Assembly: GCA_046757525.1 (NCBI GenBank)
Contig: JBHHYI010000001.1
Location: 64,001 to 128,000, forward strand
Direction: 5' to 3'
Source of the DNA: a bacterium
GTDB taxonomy: Bacteria; Zhuqueibacterota; Zhuqueibacteria; Oceanimicrobiales; Oceanimicrobiaceae
Length of the DNA: 64,000 nt
Positions 53,553-62,165 of this stretch are shown here, in pieces (within the stretch, counting starts at the first letter, position 1; every line of letters starts with the position of its first letter). The translations under genes were made by a program, and so were the position numbers. A model generated the notes under the pieces. The model worked only from the letters and a program-made list of their open reading frames with translations. It was not told the DNA's origin and did no database searches.

Positions 53553-54642
53553 GCCTAACGAAAATCGCGTGTCGTTAATACCCGTAGGCGTTGAGTTGTT
53601 GAGGACCAACGGCCACACTGTGTTGGTCGAAAAAGGGGCAGGGGTAGGCAGTGGATTTTTGGACGAAGAGTACTCACAGGCTGGAGCCGAGATAATTTTC
53701 GCGCCCGATGAGATTTACAGCAGAGCCGACATGATCATGAAGGTTAAAGAGCCCCTGCCACAAGAGTACCCTCTCATCAAAGAGGGCCAGATAGTGTTCA
53801 CCTATTTTCACTTTGCCGCCTCCAGGCAATTGACCACTGCGATGATTGAAAGAAATTGTGTCGCCATCGCTTATGAAACCGTGCAAAACAGTCAAGGCCA
53901 TCTGCCACTTCTGGTGCCCATGAGTGAAGTGGCCGGGCGCATGTCCATTCAAGAGGGGGCCAGATATCTGGAGAAATTGCACGGCGGCAAGGGCATCTTG
54001 CTTGGAGGTGTGCCCGGTGTGGAGCCTGCCAGCGTGGTTATCATCGGCGGCGGTATCGTTGGCACGAACGCAGCAAAGATTGCAGCGGGTCTGGGAGCGA
54101 AAGTGACCATCTTAGATGTCAACCTGGACCGCCTTCGTTACCTGGATGACGTCATGCCCAAAAATGTCATTAGTTTGATGTCAAACCCTGCCAACATACG
54201 CCGAGCCATCTCTGAAGCAGACCTGGTGGTCGGCTCCGTCCTCATCCCTGGTGCCAAAGCCCCCAAACTGATCACCCGGGACATGCTGAAGTTTATGAAA
54301 AGAGGTTCGGTGATCGTTGACGTTGCTGTTGATCAAGGCGGTTGCGTAGAAACGATTAAACCTACCACGCATGCTAATCCCACCTATGAAATCGACGGCG
54401 TCATTCATTATGGCGTTGCCAATATGCCCGGCGGGGTGCCCATGACTTCCACGGTTGCCCTGACCAATGCGACCTTGCCGTACGCCATTGAAATTGCAAA
54501 CCATGGGTTTCCGGCGATCATTTCAGTGAGCGATGAAATTGCAAAGGGCGTGAACATTGCCTATGGTCGTGTGACTTACAGGGGGGTTGCTGAGGCTTTC
54601 GGTTTAGACTACACCCCTGTGGCACAGGCGATCAAAAACTAA
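53524..54642 (+). CDS. ald: Alanine dehydrogenase
   Basis: MIIGIPKEIK.NENRV, PMSEVAGR, GGGIVG, VDQGG, VANMPG. Confidence 0.96.
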   Translation: MIIGIPKEIKPNENRVSLIPVGVELLRTNGHTVLVEKGAGVGSGFLDEEYSQAGAEIIFAPDEIYSRADMIMKVKEPLPQEYPLIKEGQIVFTYFHFAASRQLTTAMIERNCVAIAYETVQNSQGHLPLLVPMSEVAGRMSIQEGARYLEKLHGGKGILLGGVPGVEPASVVIIGGGIVGTNAAKIAAGLGAKVTILDVNLDRLRYLDDVMPKNVISLMSNPANIRRAISEADLVVGSVLIPGAKAPKLITRDMLKFMKRGSVIVDVAVDQGGCVETIKPTTHANPTYEIDGVIHYGVANMPGGVPMTSTVALTNATLPYAIEIANHGFPAIISVSDEIAKGVNIAYGRVTYRGVAEAFGLDYTPVAQAIKN

Positions 54643-54652
54643 CTCGGGCCAG

Positions 54653-55432
54653 ATGTTCGTCCCCATTCTGGCTTACCACATGGTTCAACCCAACATGGAT
54701 TTGGGGATAACCAATATCACTCCACACCGGTTTGAGAAGCAGATTCGCTACCTTCACCAAAACGGGTACAGAACCGTGTCCTTGACCGATCTGGTTAGCG
54801 ACACAGGCAACGATGACCTGAGAGGAAACAAATTGGTGGCCATTACTTTCGACGATGCCTATCAATCGGTTTTTGAATTTGCTTTTCCAATTCTGAAGAA
54901 GTTCAATTTTACCGCCACGATTTTTGTGATTTCTGATTACGTTGGCAAATGTAACGGTTGGGATTACAGTTTCCTGCGGCCGGGCGTGCTGCATTGCGAC
55001 TGGGATGAACTCAAGATGCTAAGCTTGAGTGGCTGGGAAATAGGGTCGCACACGGCCAACCACAAGAGCCTGAGCTCCCTTCCCAACAACCATGTTTGGG
55101 ATGAATTGACACGCTCTAAGGAGACGATTGAAAACGAAATGCAAGTACCCGTAACCGTGCTATCCTATCCGTTTGGCGCATTCGATGGACGCGTGATACA
55201 TTTAGCGTACAAAGCCGGTTATACTTGCGCTTGTACGTTGGGCAATCCATTGGCTGAAAGACGTTTTTCCCCGTTTGCGCTGAGCAGAAGAGGGGTCTAT
55301 TCAATCGATCCCTTTTTTCTTTTCAAAGTCAAGCTGCAAAACAATAGGCTCTCGCACCTTGATGCTCAAAAGCAGAGATTAATAACTTTCTGTTCAAAGG
55401 GCACGATTTTGTATCACCACATTTTCAGGTAA
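54653..55432 (+). CDS. Polysaccharide deacetylase family protein
   Basis: PILAYH, ITFDD, EIGSHT..H, SYPFG. Confidence 0.9.
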   Translation: MFVPILAYHMVQPNMDLGITNITPHRFEKQIRYLHQNGYRTVSLTDLVSDTGNDDLRGNKLVAITFDDAYQSVFEFAFPILKKFNFTATIFVISDYVGKCNGWDYSFLRPGVLHCDWDELKMLSLSGWEIGSHTANHKSLSSLPNNHVWDELTRSKETIENEMQVPVTVLSYPFGAFDGRVIHLAYKAGYTCACTLGNPLAERRFSPFALSRRGVYSIDPFFLFKVKLQNNRLSHLDAQKQRLITFCSKGTILYHHIFR

Positions 55433-55518
55433 CTTAAAAAACACTTGATTTATTATCCAAATGTTCTATATTGTTTTAATAGCAAGCGGGTTCATCACGC
55501 TGTGTTGAGAACGATTAA

Positions 55519-55887
55519 ATGAAAAAATTAGCTATTAAAAAGCTATATTATTCCATTAGCGAAGTCAGCAAAATCACCTCATTAAAGCCGTATGTCCTCA
55601 GATATTGGGAAACAGAATTCTCGGAGTTGAAGCCGTCAAAAAATCGAGCTGGCAACCGAATCTATCGACTCAATGACATTAACCTGATCAATTTGATCAA
55701 AAAACTGCTTTATCAAGAAAAATACACGATTGAAGGAGCTCGACAAAAGCTCAAATTGCTTAGAGACAATAAGGATGGCCAACTCTATTTGTCGTTTTAT
55801 GACCACAATCTAAACTCGATGCTGTCTGAAATAAGGCAAGAGTTGGTAGAAATCCTAAAAATCATCGGCAGTAATAGCGGGGCGTAG
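55519..55887 (+). CDS. MerR family HTH transcriptional regulator
   Basis: YYSISEVS, VLRYWETEF, GNRIY, YTIEGA; adjacent to tRNA-Pro. Confidence 0.92.
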   Translation: MKKLAIKKLYYSISEVSKITSLKPYVLRYWETEFSELKPSKNRAGNRIYRLNDINLINLIKKLLYQEKYTIEGARQKLKLLRDNKDGQLYLSFYDHNLNSMLSEIRQELVEILKIIGSNSGA

Positions 55888-55952
55888 CGCAGTCCGGTTA
55901 GCGCACTTGACTGGGGGTCAAGGGGTCGTAGGTTCAAATCCTATCGCCCCGA
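55878..55952 (+). tRNA. tRNA-Pro(GGG)
   Basis: CGGGGCG/CGCCCCG stem; loop CTGGGGG; GGTTCAAAT. Confidence 0.96.
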
Positions 55953-55962
55953 CTATTTTTCG

Positions 55963-55996
55963 GAGCCGCACTCCACAGGGTTGCGGCTCTTTTTTT
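55963..55996 (+). terminator. Rho-independent terminator after tRNA-Pro
   Basis: GAGCCGCA...TGCGGCTC followed by T-run. Confidence 0.8.
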
Positions 55997-56310
55997 GGGT
56001 TTGTCCCACACTAACATCCGTTAGATTTCGTAAGCTCCGTCTCTCAACAACAAGCCGACCTTTGAATGACCAAGGCGAGAGGAGGGCCTTACCCACGAAA
56101 GGGATTCAGAATCCCAGAAACGAGAAAGGTATGGCAGACGGGGAGGAAAAGGAACAAGGAGGTTTGGCTCTTTTGAGGGTTTCAGCGGTGAAAACGATCT
56201 AACGCAAGTGCACCCGGGCGACCGTTATGAGATTCTTTTGTGTCGACACGGCAACATCATTGTGATGGACGCTGTGCCCAATATTTGCCCAACTCCTATC
56301 CTTCTTCAAG

Positions 56311-56454
56311 CTACTCACGCCTTAAGCAACCAAGTTTTGTGCGAAGCTCCTTTAACACCAAGTCAAGAGGAGGCAAGGGATTGACCAGCCGTCCGAGTTC
56401 TCTTTCCCAGTATGGTTCCCTCGACCGTTCCAGAAGCTCTCTTCGGTCTATCAA
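56311..56454 (-). pseudogene. Internally deleted AbiEii-like nucleotidyltransferase toxin (47 aa)
   Basis: TTG start overlaps the AbiEi stop; MIDRRELLERSRE-PYWERELGRLVNPLPPLDLVLKELRTKLGCLRRE looks like fused N- and C-termini with no NTase core. Confidence 0.6.
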
Positions 56455-57269
56455 TACAACCACCCATCAGGTATTAGCTTGTAGTTAACCAAAAGACCCC
56501 ATTTGTCGTTATAGCTTCCGTGTTTTGGTGATATGGGATCCAGGACGGAGTAGCCCTTCGAGAGTTTCATGCCTTCAAAAATACACCTGTACTTGGGCAG
56601 CAGACCGCCTACTTCGAGAATGTAACCAAGTCTCTTCAATATCGTCATATTGCCCATCTCCATGGCAAAAGTTATTACTGTTTTAAAGTCCATTTCCTCT
56701 CGCGAAAAAAAGATCGACCTTGCAATTTCGTCGATTCCTCCGCAGTGTTCAGGATGGTCAAGGCAGTCGGCTATTGTCTTGTTTTTGTCTGAGATTTTGA
56801 CTCGTTCACCTTCGACTTCAATATCAACCACGCCAAAGAATTTTTTCTCGGCAAGCTGCACAAAGAGGTAGGTGTTGTGCATAATCTCGATTTTTTTCTT
56901 GGCCCTGGTTGTTGCAATGAATGTCGTTGTTGGAATCTGATCGGAAAAGCCGTAATGGTTCAGGGCGGACCAGTAGCCAATGTAGTATGGTTCCACAAGC
57001 TTTGAGCCGATTACAAAGCTGTGCATGGCAAAACTTTCTGCACCCTTCACGCCGACGTCAAGGGGGACGATTGCATACAGACCTCTTTTTAACTTGAGAA
57101 TCCATTTCTTCTTTACAAGGTGGTGTATAGTCTTGCTGGCAGAATTGCCAACCAGCGCTTTAACATCCTCAGTCGTGAAGGTTATTCTGTTGTCTCTCGC
57201 AAAGCTTGAGATGAGAAAGGATTCCTTCTTGCTGAGACCCTGCCTATATTTTTCTGTCGTTGTGTCCAT
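56451..57269 (-). CDS. AbiEi-family antitoxin / transcriptional regulator (type IV TA)
   Basis: wHTH LVKKKWILKLKRGLY, YIGYWSALNHYG.SDQIP, KTIADCLDHP..CGG, KRLGY, W.L.VN. Confidence 0.88.
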   Translation of the reverse strand: MDTTTEKYRQGLSKKESFLISSFARDNRITFTTEDVKALVGNSASKTIHHLVKKKWILKLKRGLYAIVPLDVGVKGAESFAMHSFVIGSKLVEPYYIGYWSALNHYGFSDQIPTTTFIATTRAKKKIEIMHNTYLFVQLAEKKFFGVVDIEVEGERVKISDKNKTIADCLDHPEHCGGIDEIARSIFFSREEMDFKTVITFAMEMGNMTILKRLGYILEVGGLLPKYRCIFEGMKLSKGYSVLDPISPKHGSYNDKWGLLVNYKLIPDGWLY

Positions 57270-57559
57270 ATTTTGTCACTTTCTACAGAATGATATAGTT
57301 TTTATGGCCTAATTTAACAATGTTTCGCAGCATAGTCAATGTGTTTTTCAGAGATGGTAGGACAGACAATCAAGTCCATTCATTTTCGTGACGTACTTCC
57401 CAATAACTGTCCAAGTTGAATAAGCTTCCCGTCGTCGTGGGGCTGTGTTTGCTAATATTCTACTGCTGGCAAGCTGTTGGTCAAGCTGCCGAAAATAAAG
57501 AATAAGCAACGTAATTCAAAATGCCACCTTGTCTCGAAACGTGCATTCAGGGAAACAAA

Positions 57560-57961
57560 GTGAGTGTTGTTAGCAACCGTCTCATCAAAGTACTCATCGT
57601 CGACGACGACCGCATTCTCAGGCGTCTCATGACCAAGCTGATTCAGGATTCGTGGCCCATCGAGATCATCGAGGCCGAGGATGGCCTGGAAGCGCTGACC
57701 ATCCTCCTGAAACATCCCCCACATCTCAACGTCATTATCCTGGACCTGATGATGCCCCTTGTCAACGGAATTGAAGTCCTCAAACTCATACGCAGCAGAC
57801 CCAAGTTCGACCGGGTTCCCATCATGGTCTGCACGGTGGTCAACGATGTGCAGCAGATCAAGCAAATCATCAAGCATGGCGTGGATGACTACGTCGTCAA
57901 ACCAATAGACCGGGTGGTGTTCCTCAGGAAATTCTTCAGGATTCTGAGAAAGATTCGCTGA
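57560..57961 (+). CDS. Single-domain response regulator (CheY-like)
   Basis: VLIVDDD, ILDLMMP.VNG, YVVKP; start uncertain. Confidence 0.88.
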   Translation: MSVVSNRLIKVLIVDDDRILRRLMTKLIQDSWPIEIIEAEDGLEALTILLKHPPHLNVIILDLMMPLVNGIEVLKLIRSRPKFDRVPIMVCTVVNDVQQIKQIIKHGVDDYVVKPIDRVVFLRKFFRILRKIR

Positions 57962-58163
57962 GCCGGCACCCAACAGTCCCGGTCGTTCGTCACTTTGGAA
58001 GAGGTGCCATAGAAAGCGTTTCCTATTTAGGGAGTGCGTTCCACAGTTCCAGGCGGTGAAACTCGAACCATCTTCCGGGCAGAGATGCGCCAGGGCGTAC
58101 AAGTCCCATAAAATCAAATTGACGGGGCCCTCCATTCTTCTGTTGAAATCTCCCCTCCTGCTA

Positions 58164-58179
58164 CGGCACACCATTTGAT
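58164..58179 (+). promoter_or_regulatory. Variant sigma54 promoter motif upstream of the kinase
   Basis: CGGCAC-ACCAT-TTGAT (GA in place of GC at -12). Confidence 0.4.
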
Positions 58180-58219
58180 TGCCCACCGTGCCAAATCAAC
58201 ACTTAGTTCGTAATGCAAA

Positions 58220-59020
58220 ATGGCAGCAATTATGGAAGAAAAATATACCATGGAGGGTTTAGAAACCTGTTTTGCAAGATTCAACGCCTCCATTGGTGAT
58301 CTCCAAAAAGCTTACAACAAAATCCAACAGCATCTGCATCACAGCGGGGATAGCCTGTCCCAGGAAACCCTGCTCTACATGTCACAGAACCTGGCGCACG
58401 GCATTCGCAATCCCCTTGGCGGCATTGGTAACCTATTGACTCTGCTTTCTCACGACTACGATCTGCAACAAACGGACAAAGTGCAGAGAATGCACGAGGG
58501 GATTGAGCGGATTGAGCGAATCATCGCTAAACTCATTGAGTTTAGTTCGCCGGTGGGAACAAAAAAGAGACGCCACGAACTACAAGAGTTGGTTGACGCA
58601 GTTGTTCATTCTGTAAAACAGTCCTTGGATTCAAATCGGTCTGCGATTCAATTGTCTTTGAGAATGTGTAAGCGCGCCTTGCTGTTGGAAGCGGATGTCC
58701 CCAAGTTGACGCAGGCCCTGCAACACATCGTACAAAACGCATTCGAAGCCATGCCGCACGGGGGCAAAATAAGCATCTGGCTGCGAGAAAGCAAAACGCC
58801 CAACTGCGCCGAATTGCTGATTTCAGATGAAGGCCCTGGAATCAAGGTGGATGAAATAGAGAGGTGCTTTGCACCATTTTACACCACGAAAGTCAATGGC
58901 ATGGGGCTTGGTCTCCCTTTTGCCAGAAAGGTTTTTGAGAAGCACGGTGGAACCATGCTCTTAGAGAATAGAAAGCCAACCGGACTGAAAGTTAGAATCA
59001 AATTGCCAACTAAAAACTGA
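58220..59020 (+). CDS. Cytoplasmic histidine kinase, FleS/FlgS-like, no sensor domain
   Basis: H-box AHGIRNPL, N-box NAFEAM, DEGPGI, FYTTK..GMGLGL; start at 58220-58250. Confidence 0.88.
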   Translation: MAAIMEEKYTMEGLETCFARFNASIGDLQKAYNKIQQHLHHSGDSLSQETLLYMSQNLAHGIRNPLGGIGNLLTLLSHDYDLQQTDKVQRMHEGIERIERIIAKLIEFSSPVGTKKRRHELQELVDAVVHSVKQSLDSNRSAIQLSLRMCKRALLLEADVPKLTQALQHIVQNAFEAMPHGGKISIWLRESKTPNCAELLISDEGPGIKVDEIERCFAPFYTTKVNGMGLGLPFARKVFEKHGGTMLLENRKPTGLKVRIKLPTKN

Positions 59021-59032
59021 AGGGCGGTGCAA

Positions 59033-60409
59033 ATGAAAAAGATACTGGTTGTTGATGACGATCCTCTCATCGGCTTGTCCCTGAAAGAAGCCCTGAAAAG
59101 ATGGGATTACGAGGTCACTCTGATTAATGAAGGTAGCCGGGTAATAGATGCACTGCAAGGGCAAGGGTATGACATGGTTTTCACTGACATGCGCATGCCA
59201 AATGTGACAGGCATGGACGTGTTGGAAAAAGTGCAGCAGTTGTGCCCATCTACCGGCGTCATCATGATTACGGCCTATGGCAGCATCGCTCAGGCCGTGG
59301 AAGCCATGCAGAAAGGCGCCTTCGATTTCATAACCAAGCCCTATTCGCTCCAGAAAATCAAGGCGTGTTTGGACAAGTATTTCTGCATCGCAAAGAATCC
59401 GGACAGTGGCCAGGTTTCACGGGAGACCCGTCTCCCTGTCAAAACTCAGGAAAGATTTGTCGGGGAAAATGTAAGGGTGAAAGAATTGTTCAGGACCCTG
59501 GAGATGGCTTATCATAGCGATGCGCCGGTGTTTATTCAAGGCGAAAGCGGCACCGGCAAAGAGCTCATCGCTGAGGCCATTCACTGCCAAAGTGCACGCA
59601 AGGAAAAACCGTACTTGAGAATCAACTGTGCCGCGCTTCCGGAAAATCTGGTAGAAAGCCAGCTTTTTGGCCACGAGAAAGGGGCCTTTACCGGGGCCAT
59701 TAAGACTTTTAAAGGGTTGTTTGAAGAAGCTGACGGTGGCACCTTGCTTTTGGATGAGATCACCGAAATGCCTCTGAATCTGCAAGCGAAGTTTCTGCGG
59801 GTCCTGCAAGAGGGGGAGTTCTCCAGAGTGGGCAGTACGCGTACCAGAAGAACAGATGTGCGCATTGTTGCGACGACCAACAGCGATGTGCAAGAAGCGA
59901 TCGCGCAGGGCAGATTTCGTCAGGATTTGTACTACCGCCTGGCGGTCCTCTTCTTGCGGGTTCCCCCTTTGCGCGAACGAAAGGATGACATCCCTTTGCT
60001 ATGTGAATACTTTCTCAAAAAGTATGGTGAGAAATATTCTAACAAGGTCAAAGGCATAGACCAGGAGGCTATTAGATTCCTCTCTCAACATGCATGGCCT
60101 GGCAATGTGCGCGAATTGGAAAACATCATCCAGAGAAGTGTGTTGAGTTGTCGGAATGGAGAAGAGATCGGTCTGCAGCACGTTCAAGAGTTGCTAACCG
60201 TTGACGCAGCGGCCGGAGGTGAACGCTTGGGCTGCAACGAAGACCTGAGCCTGGAAGAAATGGAAAAGCGGCTAATCGCGGCGACGTTGCAAAGATACCG
60301 ATTTCACAAAACCAGGACCGCGGAAATCCTGGGGGTTACACTGAAAACTTTGAGAAACAAAATTCTTCAATATGGTCTGGAAACCGTACCCGTAAAAACT
60401 ACCACTTGA
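59033..60409 (+). CDS. Sigma54-dependent response regulator, FleR/FlrC-like
   Basis: REC (TDMRMP), GESGTGKE, GHEKGAFTGA, WPGNVRELEN, HTH; directly upstream of flgB. Confidence 0.92.
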   Translation: MKKILVVDDDPLIGLSLKEALKRWDYEVTLINEGSRVIDALQGQGYDMVFTDMRMPNVTGMDVLEKVQQLCPSTGVIMITAYGSIAQAVEAMQKGAFDFITKPYSLQKIKACLDKYFCIAKNPDSGQVSRETRLPVKTQERFVGENVRVKELFRTLEMAYHSDAPVFIQGESGTGKELIAEAIHCQSARKEKPYLRINCAALPENLVESQLFGHEKGAFTGAIKTFKGLFEEADGGTLLLDEITEMPLNLQAKFLRVLQEGEFSRVGSTRTRRTDVRIVATTNSDVQEAIAQGRFRQDLYYRLAVLFLRVPPLRERKDDIPLLCEYFLKKYGEKYSNKVKGIDQEAIRFLSQHAWPGNVRELENIIQRSVLSCRNGEEIGLQHVQELLTVDAAAGGERLGCNEDLSLEEMEKRLIAATLQRYRFHKTRTAEILGVTLKTLRNKILQYGLETVPVKTTT

Positions 60410-60548
60410 CTCGTAGCTTTTACGGCCTCGACTCCAGGCAACACCGGTGGCAAATTTTCGAAGAAGGTAGAATGGACCGAGCATAAGTTATTATTTTTAA
60501 AGCAATATTACCCACAATTACCTGGCCAGACTCTTTGAGTTTCGTGCC

Positions 60549-60564
60549 TGGCATATTAGTTGCC
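60549..60564 (+). promoter_or_regulatory. Sigma54 promoter of the flgB operon
   Basis: TGGCAT-ATTAG-TTGCC about 30 nt before the flgB ATG. Confidence 0.8.
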
Positions 60565-60595
60565 TGAACAGGAAAAAAATAGGAGCACCCTAAGG

Positions 60596-60991
60596 ATGAA
60601 GATCGATTCTTTGGAAAAAACGCTCGTTCCGCTGTTGAAAAAAAGCCTGGATGCCTACAGCGTGCGGCAACAGGCGATTACCGAGAATATTGCCAACATA
60701 GACACCCCGGGTTATAAACCGATCAAGGTCAGCTTTGAAGAAAAACTGCGCCACCTGCTGAACAGGAATCTCGATGTCAAGACCGGAAATCTGCGCCACA
60801 TGGATTCAGGCGCCAACCTATTGCAAAATGACCCATCGCTCTTTGAGGTCACGAAGGAAGCCACAGACGTTAATCTTGAGGATCAAATGGCAGAGTTAGC
60901 CAAGAACCAGATACGATTCGAATTTGCGACCAGGATGTTGAACCGAACTTACGAAATGATTCGTGCCAGCATAACGGGCCACGTAAGATGA
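60596..60991 (+). CDS. flgB: Flagellar basal-body rod protein FlgB
   Basis: RQQAITENIANIDTPGYK...VSFE, VNLEDQM..LAKNQIRF. Confidence 0.93.
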   Translation: MKIDSLEKTLVPLLKKSLDAYSVRQQAITENIANIDTPGYKPIKVSFEEKLRHLLNRNLDVKTGNLRHMDSGANLLQNDPSLFEVTKEATDVNLEDQMAELAKNQIRFEFATRMLNRTYEMIRASITGHVR

Positions 60992-61024
60992 TATTCAGAG
61001 AAAACCTGAAAGGGAGTCTCGCAC

Positions 61025-61519
61025 ATGAATGATTTATTCTCCGTGTTAAAAATTGGTTCGGATGCGCTCAATGCACAGAAGAAGCAGCTATCCATTACAG
61101 CCGAAAACATTGCCAATGCCAGCACCACGCGCACGAGTGCAGGTACGCCCTACAAGCGCAAGTTTCTGGTAAAGAAGGCCATTTCGAACCCGCCAATGTT
61201 TCCAAGCCTTTTGTACCGCGCAAGAACCAGGCTGAGGACGGCAAATCCGGAACACATTGCTTCCGCCCGTTACCAGCCAGGAGGAGGTGCAACCCTTGGC
61301 AGTGAAGAGCTTGAAACGCAGGTTCTGGAAAAGGCTCAGTTCAAGAAGATTTACGATCCCGGCCATCCGGACGCGGGTGCCGATGGGTTTGTCGAATATC
61401 CCGACATCAATGTGGTTATGGAAATGCTCGAGCTGATTAGTACGAGTCGTGCTTATGAAGCAAACATCACCGTGATGAACACAGCAAAGACGCTGGCCAA
61501 GAGAGCCCTGGAGATTTAG
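61025..61519 (+). CDS. flgC: Flagellar basal-body rod protein FlgC
   Basis: NIANA.TTR, PYKRK, YDPGHPDA..DGFVEYP.IN, RAYEAN. Confidence 0.96.
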   Translation: MNDLFSVLKIGSDALNAQKKQLSITAENIANASTTRTSAGTPYKRKFLVKKAISNPPMFPSLLYRARTRLRTANPEHIASARYQPGGGATLGSEELETQVLEKAQFKKIYDPGHPDAGADGFVEYPDINVVMEMLELISTSRAYEANITVMNTAKTLAKRALEI

Positions 61520-61530
61520 GAGAACAAAAA

Positions 61531-61815
61531 GTGAGCACGATTAAACCCGCGGTATTCCCCAACATCAGCCGCCATGCCGTCAATCGGCCAAACGAGCACG
61601 CGGACATCCTAAGGTCTGGCAACGCCAGGGAAGTCGAACCAGGAAAGTCGGCCGTTCGTCACGACGCGTCAGGTTCGATTGAAGACAGGCGTGGTGCCGA
61701 ACCATTAAACCAAACCAGGACAGCAGAAGGGAAAACGATCAAGTTTTATCGACCCAACAAAGTCAAGATTCAAAAACCGGTGGTGCTGGGAACGTACATC
61801 GACATCAAAGTGTGA
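61531..61815 (+). CDS. Hypothetical protein in the flagellar operon
   Basis: AGGAG RBS, GTG start; C-terminal LGTYIDIKV motif. Confidence 0.65.
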   Translation: MSTIKPAVFPNISRHAVNRPNEHADILRSGNAREVEPGKSAVRHDASGSIEDRRGAEPLNQTRTAEGKTIKFYRPNKVKIQKPVVLGTYIDIKV

Positions 61816-61836
61816 CCAATTGGGAAGTGAGTAAAC

Positions 61837-62139
61837 ATGGCTAAAATAAATCCTCTGCAACAACAGCAAATCAACGAAGCCATTGGGCAAACGTCTGCGG
61901 GGTCCAATGAGACCGGCGCCGCAAAGTTTTCTACCACGCTGAAAGATATGATCAACAAGGTTGACGAACTGCAGAAGAGCTCCGACCAGGCTACCACAGA
62001 CTTCATATCAGGTAAAGACGCCGACATCCACGAGGTGATGGCTGCGGTCGAGGAGGCGCAGTTGAGTTTTCAACTGATGATGGAAATCCGCAACAAACTG
62101 CTGGATTCTTACCAGGAAATCATGCGGATGCAAGTTTAA
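61837..62139 (+). CDS. fliE: Flagellar hook-basal body protein FliE
   Basis: DIHEVM, EIRNKLLDSYQEIMRMQV. Confidence 0.96.
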   Translation: MAKINPLQQQQINEAIGQTSAGSNETGAAKFSTTLKDMINKVDELQKSSDQATTDFISGKDADIHEVMAAVEEAQLSFQLMMEIRNKLLDSYQEIMRMQV

Positions 62140-62165
62140 TGAACGAACAAATCTGAGGAGCCTTT

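Noticed and set aside
57467..57482. TGGCAAGCTGTTGG as a sigma54 promoter
   Set aside because: Spacing is off by one and there is no GC at -12
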